A stretch of 64,000 nucleotides of DNA from Felis catus (taxonomy: Eukaryota). This document shows, piece after piece, positions 1 through 17,004 of this stretch. A model generated the notes under the pieces. That model did not search any database and was not told the DNA's origin. It saw only the letters and a program-made list of their open reading frames with translations. Positions within the stretch are counted from its first letter, which is position 1, and the number at the start of each line of letters is the position of its first letter. The translations under genes and the position numbers were made by a program. Where the stretch lies: the NCBI RefSeq assembly GCF_018350175.1, contig NC_058369.1:8124001-8188000 (forward strand), in the 5' to 3' direction.

Positions 1-1000
1 CCTGCTCCCGACTTGTACCCGCAGCCTCCCTCCCTCGGTGTTCCCCTCTTGCCCCGTGGCCTTTCGAGTCTCTGGAGCTGCAGCCTTCTCCTTGGCTTCC
101 CAAAGACTCGGAACTCTCGCACCTTTGGGAACCAAAATCCAAGCCAGACCACTGTCTCTGCTCCGTGCGGTTGGCATGTTTGCTGTCGTGTGGATGATAG
201 CGAGCTTGGGCTTCCCACAGGTCTGGGTTCACCCTCTTGATTCTCCGGCAGCCCCTCTCCGTGACCTCCCCTTGGTCACTTCCCCTCGTCTGTAAAATGG
301 ACATAGTGACATATGCGGAGAGGATGAAAAGTAATCAGGCCTGCACAAGACTGGGCGGGAATAAGGGCAGGCAGGCACCACTCCCCTCCCCCCAAGGGAG
401 ACCGTCAACGCCTGCTGCTAAGCAGGGGGGGATGTACGTATGTATACACCTGTCCCCAGTCCACCTCTCCAACTCTGATTACGTCAGCAGTCGTGAATGA
501 CAGTCCCCGCGTCTGCTTTGTTGAGCACCTACCATGGGTCAGCCACGAGACTGAGTTCTTAGTGTCCCGTGACATCCACTCACCCACCCTGCTGGTGTGC
601 TGAGTGCCTCGCGTCCCCATGCGGGGACCCGAGACTGTTCTGGCTTTTTGAACACCATCCCCTTTCTCTTCATGCCCGAATATGGCAGATCTTCTCTTCA
701 TGCTAACATCTTTATCTTACATATTGTTTCCCATGTGTGTTTCCCATGTGTGAAGAATTCCGAAATGGTACTGAAAGCCGCCTGGGAAGGAGAAGGTCTC
801 CCAGCCCTTCCTGCATGTCCCATTTCTCACGTGGTCACGGTTACCATTTTCTTTGTGTCTTGGCTCAGAAAATTTTTAACCCAAATATAGTCATCTCTGA
901 AAACCACCCGTGTTCTCTTCCAGTTTCACGGTGTGTGCATAGATCTGTGATCCCTCGAGGATTAGGTTCGGTAGGCACCCAGCTTGGGTTTTTGCGTGTC

Positions 1001-1232
1001 TTTTTTTTTTTTTTTTTTTAATTTTTTTTCAACATTTATTTATTTTTGGGACAGAGAGAGACAGAGCATGAACGGGGGAGGGGCAGAGAGAGAGGGAGAC
1101 ACAGAATCGGAAACAAGCTCCAGGCTCTGAGCCATCAGCCCAGAGCCTGACGCGGGGCTCGAACTCACGGACCGCGAGATCGTGACCTGGCTGAAGTCGG
1201 ACGCTTAACCGACTGCGCCACCCAGGCGCCCC
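1001..1232 (-). mobile_element. Young felid SINEC element with TSD
   Basis: GGGGCGCCTGGGTGG head on -, (CT)n plus poly(A) tail; TSD ttgcgtgtc at 992-1000 and 1234-1242. Confidence 0.92.
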
Positions 1233-1242
1233 ATTGCGTGTC

Positions 1243-1280
1243 TTTTTTTAATGTGTTTTGTTTTGTTTTGTTTTGTTTTT

Positions 1281-1311
<31 letters not shown>

Positions 1312-1751
1312 GAGAAATAGCACACACGTGTGCATGAGCTGGGGAGGAAGAGAGAGAGAATCCCAAGGAGGCTCCGTGCTGTCAGCGTAGAGCACAGCAC
1401 GGGGCTCATACCCGCAAACTGTGACCTGAGCCAAAATCAAAAGTTGGACGCTTAACCGATTGAGTCACCCAGGCGCCCCCACGACTAACTTTGTTCCTTT
1501 GCTGGCCGTGGCCGTTGAGTGATCCACCTTCCTCCCGTTGGCTCTGAGGAATTAGCCATTAGTTCCCACCTGCCCTTCATGTGGTTTTGGACTTTTTTCT
1601 TTTCTGTTCCATTCATCTCTCCAGACGTACATGCCCCGATGTACCCATCCTTTTCAAACGTAACAGGTTTTAATACCAGGCAAGGTGAGGTATTCCTAAC
1701 TCGGCCTTCTTTTTGAAGTGTTTTTCTTACTTGTCTTAGTGTTTATTTACT

Positions 1752-1793
<42 letters not shown>

Positions 1794-1958
1794 TGAGCAG
1801 GGGAGGGGCAGAGAGACGAGGAGACACAGAATCCGAAGCAGGCTCCAGGCTCTGAGCCGTCAGCACAGAGCCCGGCGCGGGGCTCAAACTCACCAACCGC
1901 GAGATCATGACCTGAGCCGAAATCGGATGCTTAACTGACTGAGCCGCCCGGGCGCCCC
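1243..1958 (-). mobile_element. Two further SINEC elements (~1243-1480 with (TTTTG)n tail; ~1740-1958 with (GA)n)
   Basis: CanSINE head, body and tail motifs. Confidence 0.88.
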
Positions 1959-2108
1959 TTCTCACTTGTCTTTAAAGCACAGTTTGTGGGTTTCGTCTTC
2001 TCCAAAGCTTTTCTCCGTCCCCCGCCTCACATTAGGCCGGGCGTCACCCCTCTCCTGCTTTCCAGGACCGCACTCTGCGTTTGTGTTCTCCCAATTTCTG
2101 AGTAATGA

Positions 2109-2495
<387 letters not shown>

Positions 2496-4469
2496 TGAGT
2501 TCAGTCCGCATCTGATTCGGGGCCCGGTGGAGAGTGGGTGTTCAGTAAGCGGGTCGCGGCACTGTTCCTGTCACGGTTACTGTTCCTGTTATTTTAATTG
2601 CCGTTGTAATGATCTAGTCACGTACCCAGAAGTTTGCGTACGTTACAAACGCCTGGCCGGCACTGAGGCAGGGTGGCCAGGAGTGCTGGACGGACCTCGT
2701 CGGGAGCGCTGTAGAGCCTGACCTTCTTGGGTCCGAAGCCCACCCCAATCTCTGACTGGGTGGCCCAGCCTCTCTGAGCCTCTGTCCTCCGTTCGTCAGT
2801 TGGGAACCATCACCGTCCCTGCCCCCCCAGGGCTGCGGCGTCCGCTAAGTGCTCAGTGCGTGCGTTGCGTGAAACACGGCAGGTACCAGGTGCCGGCCTC
2901 TCCTGTATTGCATTTTCTACCGCTCTCTTGTTTTTCTACGCGGAATGCATTCGTAGGGTTCATGAACAACGCAGGTATCGATACACGTGCGGCGAGGTGC
3001 CCCCTTCTGCCCCTTCCTTCCACCCCCGGGGCCCCACAGTTGGTACTGCCTGCGTTTCTTTCTGTCCATAGAAGCGAAAAGGACTTCCGAGACTCACTGC
3101 TCTCCCTTTCTTACTGTAAATGACGCCATGCGCCCTCCCCACCCCCTGCTTTTGAGGATTTTTTGCTCAGCAGTATCTCCTGGAGTGCTGGGTGTGCGGA
3201 AAAGAACCCTTCCTCACTCCTTTTCGCAGCTGCATACTGGTCTCTGAATGCAGTCTGTTCAGCCGTCTCTTTTTGGAGACTGACTCCATCTTCTCGTCTT
3301 CCTGGTGCATAGAGGCCGCCGCTAGTAACATGATAATGACCTCATCTTATGCCCCTGTCGATTTCTCTGGAGAGGAAAGTCCCTGATGGGGGATTGCGGA
3401 GTCTCACTGTCACAGACGCTGCCTGTCCTCAGGGTCTGTCCTGGTTTGCCCATCCTGGGTGGCAAGACCTTCCCCTTTGAGACTTTGTGGCAGCTTCCTG
3501 GAAGGTGGGAAGGCATCAGAGCAACAGTGAGTCGTTTCTTCGCGTATGCAGTGGGGACACAGTGGTGACACAAGAGCAGGGCTCTGTCCTCGGGGGAGAC
3601 ATTTTTCTAATGGGGGGGGGGCGGGGAACAGATTCGGAACAAGTCACCAGATGAATGCATAATCAGGTGTTAGGTAGCAGCCGGGCCATGAAAAGCTGGT
3701 GCAGGACAGGAAGGCAGAGAAGGCAGCTCAGGGGCAAAGAGGAAAGTGTCCTGTGGGAGGGGCCCTCCAGGAAAGGAAGCAGTGGGCCTGGGCAGAGGGC
3801 TGCGGGAGAGGAAAGGAAGTAAAACCCCCTTGCAGGTGGCAGGGGCCTCCTGTGGGAGCCGGCACGGGGCCCGGCTGACCTCCTGGGATGCGGCTCTGCA
3901 TCGGGACACTTCTTGGGAGCTGTGGCCCCCCTGTCCCCTGTTTTCCCTGTAAACGAAACGGGGCCGCTCTCGTGCTCTAAGACGCGATCGGACACTAGAG
4001 GGAAGGTCTGCGGGGCGTGTGGCTCAGATCCCCACCCCAGAAGGCATGCAGGCCCCACAGGGGGTCTGGGACAGTGCCCCTGGCCACAGAGGGTGTCAGA
4101 GGGACTGTCAGAATCCTGCCACGGAGTGTGCTGAGCTGGAGCCTGAGGCTCCCTCACACCTTTTTTCAAGCTTGAGGGATACTCTAAATTCTTGTCTGGT
4201 GTGGGACAGATGACAGCAAAATGCTTCTTTCCGCTTTTAGCGTACTGGCTGCTTTTATGGCTTTTTGTTTTGTTCCCTCCCTCTCTGCCTCTCTTTTCTC
4301 TCTTTTATTATAGTTCAAAGGAAAAAAAAAAGTCCACAGCCCAAATATAGTGAATATCTCATTTCTTCCCATCTGGTGGTGGGTCCCTTCCTGGGAGTTG
4401 GCCAGTGTCACCACTAAGTGGGCTTCCTTCTAGAGACATTCAGGGCCTGGAGAGGCCACTGTGTCTGTG

Positions 4470-4655
4470 TCTTCCTCCCCTCCCTCCCCACTCCCCCTCC
4501 TCCTTCCTGTCCCTCCTCCCTCCTCCCTCCCCCTCCTCCCTGCCCTTCTCCAGCTCCCTCCTCTCCCTCCTCCCACCTCCCTGCTCCTCCCTGTCCCCCC
4601 TTCCCTCCCCTCCCCCTCCCCCCTTCTTTGCCTTCCCTTCCCTTTGTTTCTTTTG
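4470..4655. repeat. C/T-rich low-complexity polypyrimidine tract
   Basis: near-continuous cctcc/ccctt runs. Confidence 0.85.
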
Positions 4656-4796
4656 ACACCTGAACAACCTTGGATTTGTGTGCTGGGTACCATTCTCCCT
4701 TACTTTTTCTCTCCCCACCCATCCTGAGGCTCGTTCTCCAACCTCATCTGCCGTGCCGCTTCCTTTTACAATTTGTGACTGCTTAAATCCACGTGA

Positions 4797-5741
<945 letters not shown>

Positions 5742-5850
5742 TGAGTAAATAAGAAAACGAATACTGTGTTAAATGATGAAATATTATTGTCGGGAAGAGG
5801 CTGGGGTGCCAGGATGGGCGTGGGGTTGCCATTTAAAATAGAGTGGTCTA

Positions 5851-6070
5851 GGGGCGCCTGGGTGGCTCAGTCGGTTGAGCGTCCGACTTCGGCTAGGGTC
5901 ATGATCTCGCGGTTCGTGAGTTCGAGCCCCACATCGGGCTCTGTGCTGACAGCTCGGAGCCTGGAGCTCACATCGGATTCTGTGTCTCCTTCTCTCTCTG
6001 CCCCTCCCCTGCTCATGCTCTGTCTCTCTCTCTGTCTCAAAAATAAATAAAACATTAAAAAAAAAATTTT
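5851..6070 (+). mobile_element. SINEC element
   Basis: GGGGCGCCTGGGTGGCTCAG head; degenerate TSD aaatagagtggtcta / aaatagaatagtcta. Confidence 0.92.
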
Positions 6071-7361
6071 TTTTTTAAATAGAATAGTCTAGAGGGCCGC
6101 CCTGAGACAGTGAGAGTCAGGCAAAGACCTGAAGAGGTCAGGGGTGGGGCCCGGAGGTGCAAAGGTCCTGAGGCAGGACAGCACCCTGCAGTGTTGGAGG
6201 AAGCTATGTGGCAGAACAGAACGAGTGAGAGGAGAATGTGAAGGAGGGGTAGAGTGGAGGAGGGGAGAGCAGGGAAGGGACAGAGCAGAGAGCATTCAGG
6301 TCTTTGTGGGCCACAGGGAGGAATCAGACTTTTGCTGTCAGGTGGGAGCCAGGAAGGGTTCTGAGCATAGGAGGGACGGCCTGATTCAGGTGTTGACAGG
6401 CGCCCTCTGGTGGCTGTGGGGAGGACAGACATGGGGGAACAGGGTTGGGAGCCTGGCCCTGTGCCAGCTTTTTATGCTCTGTCTCTTGGAATTCTCACCC
6501 TGACCCCGAGCGGATGCCCACTGGCCCAGCTCAGAGTTGACGGGGACTCTTTGAAGCCACCCAGCTGTGAGGTGGGGCGAGGGTTGGTGTGCCCCACAAT
6601 ACCAGGTTCTCTCTCGAGGCTTCTCCTGCCTCCATACTCCCGGTTTCTGGCCTGCAAGGAACCCTGGGCGCTTAGTTAGAGTGGGATCCAGAAACTCCTT
6701 GGCAGCTCATGAGGCAGAGGGTCCCACACGTATGACTCCTCCCACGGACACACCAGAGGAACACCACCCATAGTGGCCACATCCTAACCCTGATGTCCCC
6801 CCATCCTCTGCCACGCGGCACTGCATGGTGGGTTCGGGGGTGAGAATGCTTTGATGCTCAGACTTAACACTGTTCATTTCATGGGGGACAAAAGCTTCTT
6901 GGGATCTGAGACACCCTGCGCCTGCCCCCCTGCCAGGTGTTCGGGGAGAACCCATTCATCAGCGGCCAGGCCCGGCCTCTCACCGGCACCAGCCGGACTT
7001 GCCCACGAGAACTGGACATCTCTTCGCCAGCAAGCTGGGCTTGGGCCAGTAGAGGCCAGTAGAGGTCGGTCCCTTGACCACAGTAGCTCCTGTTCAGGGC
7101 AGACTGTGTGCAGTACTGGAGATCAAGAATTTGGGGGGCAGAAATGATTAAGACAGATGGTGCAAGAGGCTGGGAAAGCAACTAGAAATGCTAAGGAAAA
7201 CCAAACACTAATAAATACTTGACTTCCCTGCTGCACACGCGATCACAGGGCTCGTTGGCAACACTCAGAGACTTTTGTAAGGGTTGGGCCGGGTTCCCAG
7301 GGCCCATGTGTGGTATTAACATATTTCATCAACCACGTCAGTGCTTTATTTTTATTACTAC

Positions 7362-7820
7362 TTTCTTTTTTAATGTTTATTTCTTTGTATGAGAGAGAGC
7401 ATAAGCTGGGGAGGGACAGAGAGAAGGGGGGGCAGAGAATCCGAAGCAGGCTCCACGCTCTCCTAGCTGTCAGCACAGAGCCCGATGCGGGGCTTGAACC
7501 CACAAACCATGAGATCATGACCTGAGCCGAAATCGGACGCTTAACCTACTGGGCCACCCAGGTGCCCCTTATGGGAGCACTTAAAAAAAAACAAAACAAA
7601 ACAGGGGTGCCTGGGTGGCTCAGTTGGTTGAGCCTCCGACTTCGGCTCAAGTCATGATCTTGCAGTTTGTGGGTTCAAGCCCCGTGTCAGGCTCTTGTGC
7701 TGACGGCTCGGAGCCTGGAGCCTGCTTCGGATTCTGTGTCTCCCTCTCTCTCTGCCCCTCCTCGCCTCACGCTCTGTCTCTCTCTCTCTCTTTCAAAAAT
7801 AAATAAATATGTAAAAAAAT
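7362..7820. mobile_element. Head-to-head SINEC pair (7362-7568 minus; 7604-7820 plus)
   Basis: two CanSINE heads about 35 nt apart in opposite orientation. Confidence 0.9.
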
Positions 7821-7959
7821 TAAAACATTTTAACTTTTCTGAACTCAGAAGCTTTAGGTGAATTACCCCTAATTGGCTGCATTCTTTCTTTTTTGTGGGG
7901 GTACCACCAATGAATAGTGCTGCTTAGGATTGGCGATTCCTTGGAGTGGATAAAAAATC

Positions 7960-8826
<867 letters not shown>

Positions 8827-9807
8827 TAGGACAATGGCCTCATCGTGTCGATGGGAAAAATAAGCCGGCCAGGGAGCCAGCATGTGCAGCGAGGCGTGTA
8901 GATAATATTTACAGCACCCTTCCACGTGAAGGGGCGCGTCTGGAATGTGTGTCTTTATGTAGACACATCTACAAAGATGCACAAAAAAAATGTCAGCTCT
9001 GGGCCCTGGGATTTGAGATTTTTTTTTGTTGTGTTGTTAATTAGCTTGAAGTTGTACACTTTTCACCGCGAGCACATACCATTTTTGTAAAAAACAGCGA
9101 AGTTCTTTTCAATGAAAACAAAAGCTAAAGGGGGGCAAACACCCATAATCCCAGTACCCGTAGACAACATCTGTTAGCACCTGGGTGTCCGTCCTTTCCC
9201 GATTATTTCTGTGCGAGTGGGTAAGTGCCCAGCATATACAAACACAGCACGTATACTCATCCATACTTAAAAAACAAACGAATATGGCTTTGTACGTTGT
9301 TTTTTCATGCGGTGGCCATCTTTCCAAACCAGTTATGTATATTTCATGTGTTGTTAATGACACAGTAGTATCTTATCTTACGGATGTCCCATGGGATGTT
9401 GAGCCAGTCTTTCATCAGTGGACGTTTAGGTGGTTTTCACATTCTTCAGCAGTTACGAATAGTTCTACAAACGTCACTAATTCTTACTAATTCCTCGAGG
9501 TAGATTTCTACAACACTTAAAACTGCGTGAAAGTAGCTATGTGTTTGGAGGTCCTGACTGGTATTGCAAAGTAGCCCGTAAGAAAGTTCATGTGAATTCA
9601 CGTTACCTCTGGGAGAGGGCAAGAGTGTTCATTTCAAGCCATCCTCGCTGAAATTGGGTTTTAATGTCTTGAAGAATTTTGGTCTAGCGCGATAGGCCGC
9701 CGTGTGAAAACAGACACACACAGGACACGTAATGTTCCCCAAATACGCACCTGTTGTAGGGGTGCCGCAGGCACTTCCTTGCATGTGAGTGATTTGTCTG
9801 CTCTCAG

Positions 9808-9875
9808 ATGGAGTTCGACGAGAAGGATTTACGGCGCGAGATCAGCTACGCCATTAAGAACATCCACGGAGTCAG
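9808..9875 (+). CDS. DNM2: Dynamin-2 exon 9 ([23 protein letters not shown]), GC donor
   Basis: ctctcag|ATG acceptor; the frame into exon 10 requires the donor AG|gcaagt; 68 nt. Confidence 0.95.
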
Positions 9876-10397
9876 GCAAGTGCCGAGGGGAGAGCTGCCA
9901 CGTTCCCTTCACCTCTGCGGTGCCGTCCTCCAGCCAGTTGGTCCCCCATCCCTCTGGGTGCCCTGACTGTGAGGACTTGAGTGGGCTCCTGGGTGGTTTG
10001 TCAGTAGCTTTAGAAGTCTCTCCCCGTGGGTCCCCAAGGGCACTCGAGGGCAGGTGTGCTGTCTCGTGTGGATCTATTGTAGGCCACGGGGCCATCTGCT
10101 GCCCATAGGTTCAGCTACACGTAGGTTCAGCTGCCCAGTCAGTTGGCATGAGCCCAGCTATGAAAGCTCACTGTAGATTTGCCCCCGGGGGTTGGGGGAG
10201 CCAGACCTGAGTCACGATTACAGGAACCCAGCATGTGTCCCCATCACAGGGCTCCCGTGAGACTCCTAGGTCCCCTCGATTATCCGACAAAAGTAGGCAC
10301 TCTGGTTGTCCAGTCTTACGTCACCATGGCGTCCTCAGGACTCCCTGTGGGTTTCCAGGCAGTGGATGCAGGCGTCCAGCCCCCAGACTTGCTGTGA

Positions 10398-10763
<366 letters not shown>

Positions 10764-11867
10764 TAGTTTCCAAGAATGTGGCCTCTTCCCAGGGGCGGGG
10801 GCGTGTTGGCCTGGGCGCAGTGTGTGTGTGTGGGAGGGCGGGGTGCGCCAGGCCTCCAGAACTGGCCAGACTGGTGGGCAGGGCTCCCTGGGACCCTGAT
10901 ATCAAGCCTAGCATGTGTCTGATGGAATTGGGGGTTTCATTGGGCTGTCGCTTTGCTGCCTTCTGGGAAGCAGAGAGGGACCCCGTGTCAGCTGTTGGAG
11001 GCCAGGCTCCCTGAACGAACCTCCCTGGCTGTCACCCTTTCTTGACAAACGCCTGGCACCCTCGGGCTTTCCTGGAGCCAGCCACTTCTCTGTCCCCAAG
11101 GCACCAAGAAAGGCCCGAATGCTGACAGCGTAACGAACACTCGGGTGCCCAGCTTGGCTCCTAACTGCCTCCACCAAGTACCCCTGGCTTCCTCCAGGCA
11201 CAGAGCTGCCCCCCCAGGCAGCATGTCCTCTGAGCCACTAGGTCACAGGCACCGTGTGCCAGTGTTCACGGGCCGCTGTCTCCACCTGGCAGGACGCGCT
11301 GGGCTCCCCCGCAGGCCTGGTTCCCAGGGCAGCACGCTTTGGGCCAGGCAGCTGAAGTGCTTCCCAGTGGGCGGTTCGTGCTTGCACGTCCACGGTGGCC
11401 GTAGAGCTCTGGGTCGGTCTTCCAAGGCAGGGAAACTCTGCTTGAGCCTTCTGTCTCGGTCTGGAAAAGCCCACATTTGCTTCTTAAGCTTCTTCGATTA
11501 GAAAAGGGAGAGAGAGAGAGAGAGAGAGAGAGAAAAAAACCTAGACGGGGTAGAGATGATCGTCCAAGATCGCATTGTCACAGGTGTGGAAATTCAAGGC
11601 CTCCACATTCCCTCGGCTGTCTGAACCGTGACACTGACCCCTAGCGCTTCCGTAATGAAAGCCCAGAGCAAGCCCCAGCCTCTCCTCCGACCCAGGACTC
11701 CTCTTTGAGCCGAAGCAGCTTCCGGGGCAAATGCGGGCACAGCCTACTTGCATGTTACTAACCAGCTGACTCTCCTCTCTTCTCTTTCTCTGTCTCCCAT
11801 CCCGCGTGTGTGGCCTGCACTGTCCCTGGGTGTCTTTCTACCTCGTCCCACCCTCCGCATGACCCAG

Positions 11868-12006
11868 GACGGGGCTCTTCACCCCCGACATGGCCTTTGA
11901 AGCCATTGTGAAAAAACAGATTGTAAAACTCAAAGAGCCGAGTTTGAAGTGTGTTGATCTCGTGGTCTCAGAACTGGCCACGGTCATTAAAAAGTGTGCC
12001 GAGAAG
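11868..12006 (+). CDS. DNM2: Dynamin-2 mutually exclusive exon 10b ([46 protein letters not shown])
   Basis: cccag|G acceptor, AAG|gtaacc donor; same length (139 nt) and phase as 10a and clearly paralogous. Confidence 0.96.
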
Positions 12007-12634
12007 GTAACCGAAGGTTTCGTTGTTATCACCTGCGCATTCGTCCCGCATCTTCTCCCCCTACCCATGTTAGTCTTCACCCACGCATCTGGAAACTCTA
12101 CCTCGGCAGGAACCCCCTTCTGTGGGCCCCTTGTCGCCCCGCGACGCCTCAACTTTGCGTGGCGGACGAACGGGAGGGAGTTGGGAACGCACTCCTGGTC
12201 CACACTCCCAGTTTGGGCTCGGACGGGGATGGGAGGCCGGTGGTGTAGCCAGGTGCAGGCGGTGGGGACCGGCAGGAGTGCCTGTTCCTGGAACCCGTAG
12301 AGAAGGGGGGGGGGGCAGGTCTCCAAACTGTCGCCGCAGGTGAAATGCTATCAGCGCGCAGACCTGCGTGTTCGTCACGTCACAGGGCGTTTGAGAGGCT
12401 TTCCACTAGTGATTTTGAGCGCCCGCTCAGTTTTCCCCACCATGTGGACTTCACCCAAACCTGAGAAGGTGGGCTTCTCTGTGCCTTTGGTTTGGTTATG
12501 ATCGGGGAATGGTTTTCGGCAAGGGGGTCCCTCTGAGGTAGATGGCCCAGATGGCGCCCCCATCAGCCTGGAACAGGCGCTACTCACTCACGAGCTGGGA
12601 GAGAGGTCCCGCCTCACTGGCCTGGTGGCCTTAA

Positions 12635-13560
<926 letters not shown>

Positions 13561-14603
13561 AACGTTTTCTCGTGAAGACCGAGCGCACACGAGGACAGAG
13601 AGTGGGACAGGTCCCCGCACCTGCCGTGTGCCGAGTGAGCCCAAAGCCGGCTGCACGTGGCTGCATCCGGTCCCGTCCCTTCCCCCCAGGTGTCCACTGG
13701 GGTCTCTGGGCAGGTGTTTGTTCAAACCAGAACCAGCACAAGCCTCCGCATTGTATTTGGTTGCGATACCGCCGTGTTTCGCGCATCAGTGGAGCAGAAG
13801 CTGGCTCCCGCGCGGCTTCCGTAGCCCTGAAGTTGTATCAAAAGCTTCAAAGGTTCCCTTTAATTTTGTTGTTTTCAAGAACGTTGCTGTCCTTTTCATA
13901 CACGCCGTGGCGCCTGGTTGCCCCACGGCCAGCACTTCTGGGCTCCATCCCAGCATCCCAGGGCTCTGGCCGATGGGGCGCAGGCCTTATAAAACCAGCA
14001 ACAATGGCTCCCGTGGACAGAGCACCCCAGCGTTTTCCAGCACCCCCACAAAGCCCAAGTGCCTGGCATGTTTGATGCTGGAGGGCTCAGAGGCACAGTG
14101 AAACGCCAGGAAAGGGCAGGGTGTTATGTGAAGGCCTGTCCCTTATCTGAGATCACACCCTGACTGGCTCCTGCGGGCCTGTGTTTGTGGGTTCCATTCT
14201 AACGCCCTTGCCTGGCCACATTATCTTCGCTGTTTGGATGCAGCACTTACGACACTCCAGGCCCTACTCTGAACACTTCACGTACCGGGAATTATTTAAC
14301 CCTACACAGCTGGACCTCTTGCTCCTTTCCACCTTCCACCGTCCCGTAACGTGAGGCCAAGGGTCACAAAGTCAGGCAGTGGCGTGGCAAGACTGCAGCC
14401 CAGGTGGTCAGCCTAGGCCGCGCCTGCAGCCACCGCTGCACAACGAGCTGCCTCCCCCTGCTCTGTTGGCCCCGTCTTTCTTCCTTGTGAGGCCCTGAAG
14501 TTTCAGTTACCCGGGCCCCTCTTCCCCCTACAGATTTACCCCAAGGTTGGTTTGTGTTGGAAGGATACGCGTGGTCCCAGGTCTTCGGCCTGGGAAGCCG
14601 TAG

Positions 14604-14849
<246 letters not shown>

Positions 14850-16150
14850 TGAGTTGGCTTCCCTCAGCAGACTGGGGCAAGAGGGTCTCTCTGTCAGGGT
14901 CTGGGGGGTGAAGCGTAGAGCCATCTGAGAGTATCTGGAAGCTTTCCTGGGCTAGTAGCAGCGTCCATCCTCATCGTCCTCAACGCGCCTCCTATGGGGC
15001 AGACCTGTGGTCAGCCGCTTCGGGAAAGGGTGAGGCTGGCGGCATTCAGTGCTCTCCTTCCTACGTGACTTCTCAGAACCTTCATAAACTGTGCAGCTTT
15101 CTCCAGACTCCCCCATCTGCACTTGGCCCTCTCGCAGAACATCTCACAGGCTCTGGGGGCTGCTCGTTGGGAAGTGTGCTGTCCGGTCTAGGCTCTCTGT
15201 GGCTCCCATCCGTACACCATGGATTCAAAATCAAACCCTTCCATGGCACGTGGATAAGGAAGGTGCCAGAGCAGGGGTCTCTGATTTCAGCAAGGCCTAG
15301 ATGTAAACGCTGGGGGCCTCGGGCATCGTGCACTGACTCCGTCAGCCCCTGGGTCCACCCTCAGCGAACTTGGGCGTCACATGGATTGCTCTGATGGCCT
15401 CCTGAAGGTCTTCTTGCCTGAGCCCAACCGAAGAATCGGTAGCCAGCTTCCTTGCATTCACTTAGCAAGTATTCCTGGTGTGCGTTCTCTGTGCCAAGCA
15501 CAGAACCAGGTCCCCACCCTCAAACGAAGGTCCCGTGCCAGAGACAGACACGCAGCCAACCCCTTAAGACCCAGGGTAATCACTGCTGGGGTCAGGGCTG
15601 CGTGAGGCTTGTGTTGAGTCCAAGGGGCAGCCTTCCGGCCTGGCCTTGGGGTCGCAGGGAGGCTTCCTTGTGGAGCAGGGCCCGTTAGAACCCAGTCTTG
15701 GGCTAGCAGGCTGTGCAAGAGGATCTTTATCTCAGGGGTCTCTGTGCTGGACCCAGCACTTGTGGGTAGGACATCTATCATTGCACTCAACAGAGTCGGT
15801 CAGCTGTTCTTTGCTGGGCACGTGGTAGGTGAGTGGAAGGAAGGCAGGAAGGCAGGCAGGCATGATCAGAAGCTGTCCTCGACACCCAGACGAGCCAAGG
15901 GCCCTACTTGGGCTGCCCCTGCTATGGGAGGACGGAGGGGCCCTGACCTCCTGCGCCTCTTCCCCCAGCAGCCAGGTGTATGTGGGCGGAAAACGCTGGT
16001 CCCCCTCTTTGGTTTGCTGCTGTTTGTGCCTCACCTTGATGTCTCTGCTTCTCACACTTCATCCACAGTTCCTTCTCACAATCTCTCCTGTTTTTCCTTT
16101 GACCACTCCACTCTTTCCTCTGGACTCCTGGGCCTTCCCACTTCCCCCAG

Positions 16151-16180
16151 CTGTTATTATACTGAGCAGCTGGTGACCGG
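16151..16180 (+). CDS. DNM2: Dynamin-2 alternative 30-nt exon 12b (adds CYYTEQLVTG; muscle-type cassette)
   Basis: pyrimidine tract plus cttcccccag| acceptor, |gtgggt donor; 30 nt, frame-preserving between exons 12 and 13; peptide resembles the recalled human muscle exon 12b. Confidence 0.85.
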
Positions 16181-17004
16181 GTGGGTATTGCCTGCTGTGT
16201 GCCTTTTTCCTGCTGTGTGAATGGGGTCGCCCTGGCTGGGGGCGGGGCCCAGGGCCCCAGCCTTGGAGGGTGGACGTCGAGGGGGCCCGCTGGACAGCCG
16301 TGGAGCACTGTCTCAGAGCTGGGCCCAGGGCAGGGCCCTTGGAGTAGGAGGGTGAACGAGCCGGACTTGGGCCTCGCCCTTTCACAGCCCACAGGCTGGA
16401 CACGTGTTTTTACCGAGCACGTTGTCGCGTGGAAGACCAGAGTTGGGAAGGAGAGTAGGTGAGGGGCTGTAGGAAGGAGGAGCGAGGGAAGTGGCCTGGA
16501 GAGACCTTCCCGAGGAAGTCACGACAGCCAGGTGGCAGACAGGCAGAAGACCTAGACGGTGTCGGGATAGCGAAGGGAGGGAAGGGAGACCCAAGACACA
16601 GGAGCACGGGGAGAGCGAGGCAGGGTGGAGGTGAGAGGCCAGGCCCCATTGCCAGGAGGAGCCCTGCAGGCTGAGGGGAGGACTTTGGACTCCTCGCCCT
16701 GCTCCCCTCATCCACCTGAAAGCAAGAAATGTCTGACTGGGAGCCGGCAAGGGAAAGGGGCACCTACAGGGGCTTCCGGGTGAGGGTGGGAGCCAGGAAG
16801 CCCCAAGCAGCACATCTGGGCCTCGCTGGCACCCAGCCATCACTGTGCGGGGCTTAATCGGTCCTGTCTCCCACAGACACTGTTGACCGAACTCCTTCCT
16901 GGGCTAGATGTTGTCGGCTGCTTTCTCGCTGCCCAGAGAAAAAGCTCTGTAATAAACTCATTGAATGCTAGGAAGATTGTTGGGTAAATTTTTCCTCCAT
17001 TCTT

